A stretch of DNA of 63,677 nt, the filler included, from Stramenopiles sp. TOSAG23-3 (Eukaryota): NCBI GenBank assembly GCA_900128585.1. It is 21 parts of 21 records of this genome, joined end to end, with 100 filler letters (N's around TTAATTAATTAA, not from the genome) between each part and the next. Parts side by side here need not be neighbours in the genome. Positions count along the whole stretch, not along the records: positions 21,337 to 24,276 come from LT644508.1; positions 24,377 to 27,312 come from LT644509.1; positions 27,413 to 30,346 come from LT644510.1; positions 30,447 to 33,380 come from LT644511.1; 17 more parts are not named here. One strand, written 5' to 3'. The number at the start of each line of letters is the position of its first letter. Position 1 is the first letter of the stretch. A model generated the notes under the pieces. It did not search any database and was not told the origin of the DNA. It was given only the letters and a program-made list of their open reading frames with translations. A program made the position numbers and the translations under genes. Of the stretch, positions 21,237 through 31,939 are shown one piece after another.

Positions 21237-21484
21237 NNNNNNNNNNNNNNNNNNNNNNNNNNNNNNNNNNNNNNNNNNNNTTAATTAATTAANNNNNNNN
21301 NNNNNNNNNNNNNNNNNNNNNNNNNNNNNNNNNNNNAGTATTATTCTGGAACAAGGAGGAGTTTGGGTTCTTGAACGGTTTTACCTTCTTTTTTCTTTTC
21401 TTTTTTGACTTAAAATATACTATATATATAATTTGTTTTTTTAATTCTATCTAAAGTTGATTATGGGTCTCCTGACATCGACGC

Positions 21485-21657
21485 AATTCCACACACCGAT
21501 TCGGATCATGCATGGAGTACATATGAAAATGATCTAGTCAAGACTAAGTGGCAACGGTATATTGATTACTGAAATGAATCACACCAGTAGAGTTCAGTTC
21601 GCAGTACATTTTAATTTTAATTTTACATTTTTTAAATAACCAGCCAATTTTCTTGTT
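21485..21657 (-). repeat. Long (~175 bp) copy of dispersed element
   Basis: Aligns over its full length with 54156-54332 (aattccacacaccgattcggatcatgcat...agtcaagactaagt...gagttcagttcgcagtacatt...cagccaattttcttgtt). Confidence 0.9.
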
Positions 21658-21701
21658 TTTATAACCCCTATACAAATTGTTCTTTTGTAATTAATTTGAT
21701 C

Positions 21702-24095
21702 TTAAGAATCTTGTCTCGCCGCCGACAAATATTCTCTAAATTTATCGTTCAGTTGCGAAATTGCGGATTCGAGGTACTCTAAACCGACCTCTCCGTTCTG
21801 CTTTTCAATTTCTTCGCATAAAGCTTCCAATTTAAGTGCCCCCACTATCTTTGCGCTGCTCTTAATTTTGTGGACTTCCCTCATTACCCCAACATTATTA
21901 TGTTCATGGTACTTTTGCTTTAAAGTTTGAAGGATTTCTGTGTGCTCAATTTTGAAGGTGGATATTGCCTCTTGCTCTTGCCCCTCCAGGATGGACAAAA
22001 ATGTCACTTTGTTCCACACGGGCATATCGATGTTAAGTTGTATCTCCTTCAATCGGTCGCCTTTTGGCTTTACCTGCCCTAGACCCGCAGCGGTTTCTAT
22101 TTGGTCAACGATGTGCTTTTCGAAAGGAATGCCCGGGTCTTTCCCGGCCATTTCCACAGAACTTTTGGTCGGTAGATCAGCAGCCAATTTTGCACCTCTG
22201 TTTGTCAACGTAAACCAAAAGCAAGAGCCGTAAGGGCAGAGGGTTGGCTTTCCGTTAACAATTTTTATTTCTGTGTAGTACGGTGTTTTGACCCCGCAAT
22301 ATTCTCCCAGCCAATCTACAGTTGAGTGGACTACCCGAAGGTCATTGCTACTCTCTTCCGCCTGGCCAAAATTGCTTTCGTTGCTAGAATACAATTCACT
22401 GTCTTCGACTTGGGCTTTCTCCCCGAAGATCCTGGGATCAATCGTTTCAAAACGTAGTTTCGTACTAGATTCTGCACAGGACACTTTCACGATTAATCGT
22501 GTCGCACCATGGTGTATGCTATGCCGCACCAAACTCGTGCAGCAGCACAAAAGTGCAGACATTTCGACACTCACCATATTGGGAACGTTCGGTTCCACTT
22601 CAACTCTAACCGATGCTAAGTTCCCGGTGGAATATAAATATGGAATAACTTCCAATACATTCCTGATGTTGATTTGTTGATACTCTGGCGCATACTGGAG
22701 ATAGTTTAATGAATTTACGTACGCCTTCAAGAGTGAGTGGGACCATACAATAATAGTCTCTCCCTTTTCGCATAATTGGGATGTCGTGCGTAAATAAGCC
22801 AATAATTGTCTCAACTTCCTTTTGAATGGCAGGGGTACTCTGGTTTCATTGTCATCGTCAGCAATACCTTCCAATACTGCGCTGAACTTTGAATTGTTTT
22901 TCTCTATTTCTTGAAACAATTCCACATTAACGAGGGCACTAAAATCGTCAAACGTATTCTTGATAAGTCTCTTTTGATCCGAGCACCTCTCGCTAAATTT
23001 TGTTTGCACAAACCACATCCGCTTCAACGCAAATACTATCCCGTACAAACCGTATGTCACTACAAGTATAAACAAATGGGCGCTAAAGTGGAATTGCAAG
23101 TACGAGTAAACGCCAATGTTTATGACCAGACGGATTAAAGAGAGCAGCAAAGGGATAAGTAAAACGATTAAACTAAAACCGTATCCACAACGCCTCCGCG
23201 ATTTTCCGCAGCAGCATCTAAAGTGCATGTCGTACGTTGTCATCCCCAGCAAAAAATACACGAAGAATGGCGAGTATAATTTTGAAATATACGCGAGCCC
23301 AATCTGCACACGAAGCCATGGCCGCACCACTTCATTAAAAGCAACAAGCTGCTTTGTGCAATTGTTACGTGAAAACAGATCGAACATGTCTGGCGTAACG
23401 CCTGTCTGCACGAAATTGGTTGGCGCCTGGGAAATCCAATGGTTCACAGCGCATGTCATTGGCAATACATATACTTCAACGTCGGTCCAATAATTCCAGT
23501 AACCAAAAGAACACCGATGGGTTTGATACGAGTCCATCACCCCCCAGACGGCGGTATAAACATACAGGACCGACGGCAGCAGCACTTCTCTTAACCAAGG
23601 GTAGAGTGACGAAGGGATTGCCCTTTTCCAACTACTTTCTAATCCCAATAGGCCTGTGCAGACTAATATAATTAAACTAGCAAAAAATACCGCCACCTCC
23701 GTTGCGCCGCTTGGGTATCGTTGAACGCCCAAACTCCGCAACTCTGGGCTAATCCTTTCTTCTTGGTACGATTCCCACAAAACCGACGAAGACGCCGCCT
23801 GTGCGAAAAATACAACCGCAATTACCTTGAAGGAGTACACCGTAAGCGCTTTTCGCTCCCACTCTCGGTATGCCATTTCTAGGTTGTCATCAAAAAACAG
23901 CCCGTTTAACCAGCATAGTTTACCATGTTGATGCACTCGTGCTTTCTTTCGTTCTTTCCATGCTCTCCAATTGTTAGTGGATATGTAGACGATGATAACC
24001 GCAAATAATACGTTGACCACCACAACAAAGTACGGGCTCGTCACCACCGTGTGCCCCATCTCAAAAAGAAATCTTTCAGCCGAGCTTTTGTCCAC
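21702..24095 (-). CDS. Multi-TM protein with degenerate histidine-kinase-like core and C-terminal HPt domain
   Basis: Several TM helices; VEPNVPNMV...LRFETID...GSCFWFTL HATPase-like skeleton; EVHKIKSSAKIVGALKLEALC HPt motif; start uncertain. Confidence 0.75.
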   Translation of the reverse strand: MDKSSAERFLFEMGHTVVTSPYFVVVVNVLFAVIIVYISTNNWRAWKERKKARVHQHGKLCWLNGLFFDDNLEMAYREWERKALTVYSFKVIAVVFFAQAASSSVLWESYQEERISPELRSLGVQRYPSGATEVAVFFASLIILVCTGLLGLESSWKRAIPSSLYPWLREVLLPSVLYVYTAVWGVMDSYQTHRCSFGYWNYWTDVEVYVLPMTCAVNHWISQAPTNFVQTGVTPDMFDLFSRNNCTKQLVAFNEVVRPWLRVQIGLAYISKLYSPFFVYFLLGMTTYDMHFRCCCGKSRRRCGYGFSLIVLLIPLLLSLIRLVINIGVYSYLQFHFSAHLFILVVTYGLYGIVFALKRMWFVQTKFSERCSDQKRLIKNTFDDFSALVNVELFQEIEKNNSKFSAVLEGIADDDNETRVPLPFKRKLRQLLAYLRTTSQLCEKGETIIVWSHSLLKAYVNSLNYLQYAPEYQQINIRNVLEVIPYLYSTGNLASVRVEVEPNVPNMVSVEMSALLCCCTSLVRHSIHHGATRLIVKVSCAESSTKLRFETIDPRIFGEKAQVEDSELYSSNESNFGQAEESSNDLRVVHSTVDWLGEYCGVKTPYYTEIKIVNGKPTLCPYGSCFWFTLTNRGAKLAADLPTKSSVEMAGKDPGIPFEKHIVDQIETAAGLGQVKPKGDRLKEIQLNIDMPVWNKVTFLSILEGQEQEAISTFKIEHTEILQTLKQKYHEHNNVGVMREVHKIKSSAKIVGALKLEALCEEIEKQNGEVGLEYLESAISQLNDKFREYLSAARQDS

Positions 24096-24437
24096 TGAAA
24101 TCGCTCTTGTTAATCCTTAAGCTACTAAAGCTTGCCTTTTTTTTCTTCTTTTGGGTGGACAAAAGGTCATCCGATCCATCCTTGCCTTGTGGTTATCATG
24201 AAGGAATAGTATTCCAACTATAATGGACTGTACCCACCACCTCACCACCTCGAATCTCCTCTCGTTTTTTTGTTGTNNNNNNNNNNNNNNNNNNNNNNNN
24301 NNNNNNNNNNNNNNNNNNNNTTAATTAATTAANNNNNNNNNNNNNNNNNNNNNNNNNNNNNNNNNNNNNNNNNNNNATTTTAAAATGTTCTTTTAGTACT
24401 TTGTATTGACTACCTCGCGCGGCGCCACTTGCACTAT

Positions 24438-24959
24438 TTAAGGAGTGGGCGATACACTTTTCGTCCATTTCGGTAAGTTCGACAGCACAATGGGGCCCCG
24501 CTTTGCATTCTTGTCCGGCCCAAAAACCAAGTCGTTTGGTCCCCCGTCAGTGGTGTGATGCATTACCGAGCTGGTTATGACAGCTTCACTGACGGAGTAT
24601 TCCACGTTCCCTGAATTGCTAGATTCCCCCTGCCCCCACTGCGGAAGCGAACGGAAAACAGTAAACTTGATGTTCTCCCCCGCGTTCGTTTTGAGGGTAA
24701 ACATAAACTTAGTACCGGCAACGACTTGAGTTTTAAAAGTGTCGGGGACGAGGGCGGCTTCGACGCCGATAATAACGTTTGGGTTTCGTTCTTTGACTAA
24801 TTGGAATGCCCTCTTGATCAATTGCATGTGCTCTTCGTTGACGACTTTTTGCGTCATTGGACAGCCCGCACATATGCCCTCCGAACCCTCGGCGTACGAC
24901 TGGGGCACGGAAACGAACAAAACCAAACCAAGCAAAACAGTGAAAACGTTGGGGGTCAT
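24438..24959 (-). CDS. Secreted cystatin-like cysteine protease inhibitor
   Basis: Signal peptide, N-terminal Gly, QVVAG motif. Confidence 0.85.
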   Translation of the reverse strand: MTPNVFTVLLGLVLFVSVPQSYAEGSEGICAGCPMTQKVVNEEHMQLIKRAFQLVKERNPNVIIGVEAALVPDTFKTQVVAGTKFMFTLKTNAGENIKFTVFRSLPQWGQGESSNSGNVEYSVSEAVITSSVMHHTTDGGPNDLVFGPDKNAKRGPIVLSNLPKWTKSVSPTP

Positions 24960-25278
24960 CGCGGAGGAAATAGTAGAACAAGCCACCCTTTTGTCGGTGA
25001 ATAAACTGAAAAATAAACACAAATGAATCCTATGACAATACCACAATTTTTCTTTCAGTTTCTTTTTCTCTCTTGTCTCTCTCTCTCACACGCATTAGAA
25101 AAAAAAAGAACGAGTCTTGGAACGAATAATCGTCTACCGTTACCGTCTTGATTTTCGTCGATACTGTGTGTGACGACGAGAAGAAAGAAAGAAATAATAA
25201 TAATAAAAAAATATTATTTTTTTATAAAAAAATTACAAAAAAAACGGTGCGTAATACTACACACCAACTACGGTAAAC

Positions 25279-25305
25279 CCTACCTGTACCATTTGTACAG
25301 GTAGG
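25279..25305. promoter_or_regulatory. Perfect 11-bp-stem palindrome upstream of the cystatin gene
   Basis: CCTACCTGTAC-cattt-GTACAGGTAGG; regulatory role is inferred only. Confidence 0.35.
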
Positions 25306-25643
25306 ATTATAGCTAACAATTCCATTATTATTTATTACCAAATAGAAGACGACTTCGTACCGGTACCTGAACTCTAATAAAAAAAGAAAAAAAAAAGTAG
25401 AAAAATATTACTTTTTATTTCGTCGTTGTATTTTTGAAAAAAAGATGATCAAATAGTAGTGTACGTATATTAATAACACATTTATGTACATAGTCACTAA
25501 GAGAAATGCTTCATATATACCAAAAGTAATACCAAGGGTAGAGAGAGATGTGGAAAAACTTTAGCTCGAAAGAGTTTAGTCGTCTATCCTCTACCTACTT
25601 GGTAATACTACTACTGCACATGATAAATTTCTCATTTATCGCA

Positions 25644-27134
25644 TTATGGATATTTAGTAAGGATTGGTTCCTTATACGATGTTGACCTCTTTTGAAACAT
25701 AGAGAAAGAGTTTTGAAACATTTTTAAAGGCTCCAAGAAACTGATTTGGTCGAATTGAAACGGGCCCTCGTTGCCCATCGATCGCATTTCTTCCAACCAT
25801 TCCCTTGTCAAACGATTTGTCACCGTGCTATGGACCAAAACAAAACCGCCATCCTCTAACCGGCCCCACCACTTTTCAAAAACTTTCATCAGCTTATTGC
25901 TTGCGGCAAAATCTAGCCATATGAAATCCAAAGAATTGTCCTCGGGCAAGTTGAATTCCCAAAAATCGACGTCGTGCAAAATCAAATGGTCCCCCAGCCC
26001 CAACGAGTTGGACATTTCCTTGACCCGGTTCGCAGTGGTGTGCGCGTGGCCCATGTGGTCGACGCAGTGGAGCACCCCCTTTCCGCCTTCGACATCCATG
26101 TACTTGTTCAGGACCGACTGTACGCACCAGGGCTGGCCCTCCACCGTGCACTTGTTGCGCTGTGAGAGTGCGTGGTAGTTCATTGCTTCTTTGGCATTGT
26201 CGGCCAACGCTTGAAGCAAAAATATGCTGGTATAACCGGCACCAACCTCCAGCAAACTTTTCACTTTCAAAAACCGAACGATGGAGTACAGCATTGGCGC
26301 CATGTTTTCGACCCCCATGTGGACATCATATAGAGTCGAAACTTGGTCCATGAACAGCTTGGAGTATATTCGCCCGTTGCTGCCTTCCGGCATTCTGCTT
26401 GTGTTCTTGTTTACTATTTCGCGGCGAATAAATTTCTCAAACTTCAATCGCTGCTCGCAAGTTTTCAAGCCAAACACGTCGATCATCTCACGCGTGGACT
26501 CGAGCGCGTACACCAAGTCTTTCCCCGTCACGTAACTTTTTTCGATCGTTTCAAAATCCAGGTTCATTTCGCTTGGAGCCATCGCCTTCAACCACTCCAA
26601 ACACTCCTTTTCAGGCATATCAAACGCATCCCCCCCCTGCCCGTCCCCCTCGCTGTCCTCTTCGTCTTCTTCGTGCAGTGTTTCGCTGATAGCCAACAGG
26701 CTCTGTTTTGTGTCCCCCAAACTTCCAGCTGAAAAAAGGACGGTCATTATCTTGTGGATATCCCCATCCGTGGCCCCTATTGACCGTAGTAGCTGCTCAG
26801 ACGATTCTTTTCCCAAGCTTTCAAGCGCAGACACGGAAAAAATGTTCGCCTCCAAAAATGTATCGATAAAATATTTCAATCCAACCGCCTCCAAAAACAC
26901 TTCCAAGGGCTCCCCCTTTGCCTTTAAACCCTTCTCCTTCCACCCCAAAACTTCCCCGTCTTCGAACAGAATGCTATCGTGTTCTTCCAAAACCGTTTTC
27001 GCCCCCGTATCGTTGTCACTTTCACCCTCGCTATCGTAGGAATCCTCGTCCGATTCTATCGTCATTTGTCCGTTCCCAAACAAACCTGCCTCGTCTCCGC
27101 TCCACTCCTCATCGTCGTCAGAAGAAGAAGCCAT
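25644..27134 (-). CDS. SAM (sterile alpha motif)-like domain + class I methyltransferase
   Basis: FLEAVGLKYFIDTFLEANI (sterile alpha motif-like); LLEVGAGYTS, LDFIWLD, GGFVLVH (methyltransferase). Confidence 0.75.
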   Translation of the reverse strand: MASSSDDDEEWSGDEAGLFGNGQMTIESDEDSYDSEGESDNDTGAKTVLEEHDSILFEDGEVLGWKEKGLKAKGEPLEVFLEAVGLKYFIDTFLEANIFSVSALESLGKESSEQLLRSIGATDGDIHKIMTVLFSAGSLGDTKQSLLAISETLHEEDEEDSEGDGQGGDAFDMPEKECLEWLKAMAPSEMNLDFETIEKSYVTGKDLVYALESTREMIDVFGLKTCEQRLKFEKFIRREIVNKNTSRMPEGSNGRIYSKLFMDQVSTLYDVHMGVENMAPMLYSIVRFLKVKSLLEVGAGYTSIFLLQALADNAKEAMNYHALSQRNKCTVEGQPWCVQSVLNKYMDVEGGKGVLHCVDHMGHAHTTANRVKEMSNSLGLGDHLILHDVDFWEFNLPEDNSLDFIWLDFAASNKLMKVFEKWWGRLEDGGFVLVHSTVTNRLTREWLEEMRSMGNEGPFQFDQISFLEPLKMFQNSFSMFQKRSTSYKEPILTKYP

Positions 27135-27412
27135 GGCAAAGCTAACAAACCGCCGTTCCGTTAAACAATATTACACTGTTGGTAATGAAAAGCAGGTTCT
27201 ATGCATACATGCACATATAATATGAATTCATTGTTAAAATATTTATTAAAATTACACACGCATACACAAAATAAACAGGTGCAGCAGAAAGAAAGAAAGA
27301 AGAGGCAAGCACNNNNNNNNNNNNNNNNNNNNNNNNNNNNNNNNNNNNNNNNNNNNTTAATTAATTAANNNNNNNNNNNNNNNNNNNNNNNNNNNNNNNN
27401 NNNNNNNNNNNN

Positions 27413-28142
27413 AATCTTGAATAAACCACCCACACAGCATTTCTGCGATGATCAGCCCCAACGACCATACATCTGATTTTCCATCAATTGAAACGTTTTG
27501 TTTTCTGCTCTCTGGCGCTTGGTATGCAATATGGCCCCGCGGCTTGTACAGTGTACTCATGTATTGCGATTTCATGCCCTCGCCTTTGAATTGCGTAGCT
27601 AACCCTAAATCAACCAACTTCAGCTTTCCGTCAGGCCCAAAACAAATGTTGTCCTGTTTCAAGTCGCGGTGCACAATCCCCTGGCTGTGGAGGTACTCCA
27701 AACCTTTCGCTAGTTGCAACAAGTACTGGCGTATGGACTGCGGGGAAAGGGTTTTTTTCCGCTCGTTAAAGTGCGCCGCCATGTTCTTTTGGCAAAGGCC
27801 CATGGCAATCAGCACATAGGAATCGTTCTCGTCGACTTGCTTGTACTCCACCACATGCGGGTGGCCGTTCAATTTCGCCAAGTTCCGTGCTTCCTTGTAT
27901 ATTTTTTCGACGGCACTGTCGCCGTAAGCGATTTTAATTTTGTTTTTGTCAATGATCTTAGCAGCGTAATTCTTTCTCTCAATGGTATGCCGAACACGGT
28001 ATACTGTGCCAAACGAACCGCCGCCAATACGCGCGTCTGAAATCTTACGGACTTTCTTGCCATTTTCCCCAATAATCTGGTAGTTATTTTTTAGAAAGAT
28101 GTCGCGCCGTGAGCCAGCCTGACTGCCAGAGCCTGACGCCAT
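27413..28142 (-). CDS. Ser/Thr protein kinase, 3' partial
   Basis: IGGGSFGTVY, YAAK, HRDLKQDN, DLG, APE, SDVWSLG. Confidence 0.92.
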
Positions 28143-28595
28143 CCTCAAAAGTGTCGTCCCGTACGTGTGAGTAAGAGTAATTCCTTGCTGAATAATACGC
28201 AGCAGTACTTAGTTAATATTTATCCCTTATCTTATGCCTTGCAGATAAAACACTTTAATCCAAGAAATAAAGAACAGGGTAAACATTCCTTTTCGTTTTC
28301 TATTTTTTTGTTGATACCCATCATCTTTTTTATTTTCCTTTTTTTTTTTAGCTGTTTTCACGTCGTTATTAGTTGTAATATATTATATAACAGAATACTT
28401 CTGCAGGACCTTCTCCAAAGGCTTTCGAACTTCACTAGTTTATATACTAATGGCATGACGTCATTACCCTTCAAATTGTATTCCCTTTTATCATTGATTT
28501 ATGCGTTGCCCATTTGATCCAAAGCATATACGAATTATATACATTCTTAAAGTATTTCTGAACCAATTTCAAATAAGACTTCATTCACTAAAGAA

Positions 28596-30346
28596 ATGAG
28601 CAAAGTAAGCCCTGTCCCGGACGCGGGAGACGCGAATGGTGAAACAGAGGAGGTGGAGTACGAAGACAATTGCTGGGACCGCAATCCCTGTGCAAGTAAA
28701 AAGAGTAAAATTCAGGAGATCGAGAAAAAAGCGCAAGACTTATACGAACGCGAGGTACGCTTTAAAATTACTCATGGTCCTGAAAACAAGGTGTACGAAG
28801 CAAAAGTGACGAAAGTTGACAAGAAGAACCATGAAATCACTCTTACTTACGAACGAAACATGCACCCGAAAGAAACAATCAAAGAATCGGACTACGCAAA
28901 CTTTCTAAAGAGAATTCCTCAGAAGCGTCAGAAGCAGCCAAGGTGGAAGATAATTCCTCACCTGTTTGGATTTTACTCCTTTCTACTTCTTACATACCGA
29001 ACCTACGATTTGTCCACCGTCAATGAGGGCCTAAGCGTCGCGGTAGGAAAAATCAAAACGACCCCAAGTCCCAGTTCCCAATGGAAAACTTTTGGTGAGG
29101 TAGTGGACATAGCTTCTTTCTACGAGTTTCTTACCACTAATTTGCTTCCCAACGTTGATGGTGCAGGGGAAATGGACTTCAACAATGTGAAAAACGACAA
29201 GAAAAATGGTGTTAAACTTCACCGAAGCCCCACAACCTCGCCTGTAACCTTTCTTCCCATCACCATCGAGCAAGTACGCAGAAAGAAGGCGCCAATGTGC
29301 ACAGAATACGATAAGCTGAAGAAAGAGGATGATGGAGAAGTAAAAAAAGACTACATCGAAGTGATGGGCGGCGTATGCCATGAAGACGAAGATCATATGA
29401 AGATCATTCTGGACACTTATGAGTACGGGTGCAATAAGTCTAGGGTTGTTCGTTTCGTATTTTGGAGCGGAGGGATACCGAAGCGCGGTCAACGATATTG
29501 TTAACCGGATCATTCAAAATATGGGCAATATGAAGGACGGGGCAAGCGGTGGAAGCCCGTTTGAAGATGAAGAATGGTTGACAGGCTTTGATAATACGTT
29601 GACAGAAGCACAGATGACTATGCATGGGCTCAATGTTTACTTTTTGGTGATCATCAGCCTGTTTACCGTAAAAATGATGCTGCTCTTTATGGAGACGGAA
29701 AAGGTATACATTATCCCAAACACCATGATAAGATCGTTGCCAGCAATTCTGAACTTGATGATCGTTATTTTTTCGATTATTAGTGCCTTTGCTGCGATGG
29801 CAATGGTCTGTTATGGACACTCATTTGCGCGATGGACCAGCCCGGGGAAAATGCTCATGGAAGTCTACCAAATGATGCTCGGTGACTGGGGAAATCAGTA
29901 TGAAGAAATGTATGCACAAGACAGAGTACTCGCTATTGTGCTGTTTCTCTTCTTTAGTGTCATACTAATGATGACCGTTGTTAACATATTTCTGTCTGTG
30001 GTAATGGACACTTACGATGACTTGAAGAAGAAGGATCGTAAGGCGAGAGGTGTTAAAGAAACTAAACAGGAAGAAGAGGAAGAAGAGGAAGAAGAGGAGC
30101 TGCCAGGTCCCATGGAGAAAGATCCCAGGGGGGGTCAGGCCCAACGCAAAGCCAAGGAGGCAAAGACTAAGGCCGAGCAAGCACGAAAAAGTGCAAATGC
30201 AGCGCAGTCAAAAGCAGATATTGCAAAAAAGAACGCGGCGGACGCTGATAAGAAAGCCGAACAGGCCAGAAAGAATGCAGAAGACGCGAGGCTAAAGGCA
30301 GAGCAAGCAATCAAAAGCGCAGAAGAAGCCAGGGTGAAAGCCGATG
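28596..30346 (+). pseudogene. Polycystin-2 (TRPP)-like channel with apparent internal deletion and frameshift near 29400; 3' partial
   Basis: First frame: S1 plus start of TOP domain (FYEFL...PITIEQVRR); second frame: RSFWTL (S3) through pore and S6 (QMMLGD...VNIFLSVVMDTY); S2 and most of TOP absent. Confidence 0.65.
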
Positions 30347-30664
30347 NNNNNNNNNNNNNNNNNNNNNNNNNNNNNNNNNNNNNNNNNNNNTTAATTAATT
30401 AANNNNNNNNNNNNNNNNNNNNNNNNNNNNNNNNNNNNNNNNNNNNAAAATGAAGAAGAACGGACGGCGGACGGAGACTAAAAAAAAAGGGAACATGTTG
30501 GTTTTTAAAGAAAGATGTATAAGAATCATCATATTACAAACTTATTGAATACATTTTCATAGGGAGCACGGTTGAGAATAAGGGAGAAAAGGGGAAAAAA
30601 CGTCTTCCTATAATATATAGATAGTATACATTGGGGTGGTTCCTCTCGTTTGCTGGAAAAGAAC

Positions 30665-31618
30665 ATGTCTGGGTCCCAAACCAGTTCACCGCCACCGCTG
30701 GACTACGACGCCATTACTGAGTCTTTGCTGGCCTCTGGCGCAACGACTCCAAAGCTTGTTGGCGACGATAGCGCGGTGAAAATAGAAAATATGGATCTTG
30801 GAAATGTGGATACGTACTCTCCGGGGAATTTTGCTGAGGAGAAAACAGTGTACTTTTCTGTGAGCAACGTCGCCTCGGAGGTTCCTCGCACCCCGGTTGG
30901 AGCTAGCCTCAACCAAGAGGGTTACTCTGTGAGCGTGGGCCGAGCAGTGTCCGACCCAGACGGGGATTTGTCACTCACGTTAAGGGCGCATACGGTCGGA
31001 AAGCTTTGCGCGGTCCTGGGCCTTGTCACGACAATCCTGACGTATATCGTAGGAAGCATATCGGGAAAGTACAACGGGACGGGTTTGAGTTTTTGGCCAT
31101 TGAGGACTATCAGCGTCTATGGAAGCACACTGCCAGCAGCGTGGATTTTTCGCTCGGGGTTCATAATTTGCGGGATGGGGATCACGCTGTTCTCGTTAAT
31201 GATCAAGCAAGGTGAGTGGTTCCGGCGATCTTACCTGTTTCTGTTCGTTGGAGGGATGTGCCTGATAACTTGCGCCGCAATTAGCTGCGCAGAAAACAAT
31301 GCGATCCACTCCATGTTTGCGGTGTTTTTTTTCTTCTTGAATGCGTTCTTTTGCGTTCACTTTGGTTGGACGGCCAAGTTCGGGTCGTCCCAGGAGGCGC
31401 TCCAAAGCGCCTTTAAAAAGGTTCGCCTCCACGGTCTTGTCGGTGGAATATTTTTGCTTACCGAGCTGGCGTTCTTAATATTGGTGTTTTCCAAGGTTGT
31501 ACATATGGAGCGAAATACGGCCCTGCCTTTGCTAGAGTGGCCCGGCGTGGTCGTCATTTTGACCTTTCTGTGGAAATTGTCCGACTTTCTCGACAAGGGG
31601 AGCTTCGAACAGGTGTGA
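30665..31618 (+). CDS. Frag1/DRAM/Sfk1-family membrane protein
   Basis: Six TMs; TISVYG..PAAWIF, IHSMFAVFFF, LEW motifs. Confidence 0.75.
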   Translation: MSGSQTSSPPPLDYDAITESLLASGATTPKLVGDDSAVKIENMDLGNVDTYSPGNFAEEKTVYFSVSNVASEVPRTPVGASLNQEGYSVSVGRAVSDPDGDLSLTLRAHTVGKLCAVLGLVTTILTYIVGSISGKYNGTGLSFWPLRTISVYGSTLPAAWIFRSGFIICGMGITLFSLMIKQGEWFRRSYLFLFVGGMCLITCAAISCAENNAIHSMFAVFFFFLNAFFCVHFGWTAKFGSSQEALQSAFKKVRLHGLVGGIFLLTELAFLILVFSKVVHMERNTALPLLEWPGVVVILTFLWKLSDFLDKGSFEQV

Positions 31619-31678
31619 CGCGGTGTGAGGAGTTGGGGGGGGTATTTCAATATTGTAACAGCCCGTATAACCATTAAG

Positions 31679-31765
31679 AACAAGAAAATTGGCTGTTATT
31701 TAAGTAATTAAAATTAAATTAATGTACCACGAACTGAACTCTACTGGTGTGATTTTAGTAATCAA
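31679..31765 (+). repeat. Copy of dispersed 3'-associated element
   Basis: aacaagaaaattggctgttatttaagtaattaaaatt...gtaccacgaactgaactctactggtgtgattttagtaatcaa, 60 nt after the stop at 31618. Confidence 0.9.
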
Positions 31766-31939
31766 ATATTACACTTAAGAAATCTTTTTAAAACCAAAAT
31801 ATATTGCTGTGTCAATGTATCTTTATGATCAAAAATTACTCTGACGTATTTTATCGCCGCTCTAATAAGGTTATATTTTTATTTCTACACCGTTCGTTAA
31901 AACACACCGGTGAAAACGCCCCCTACTCTTGTCTCTTTT

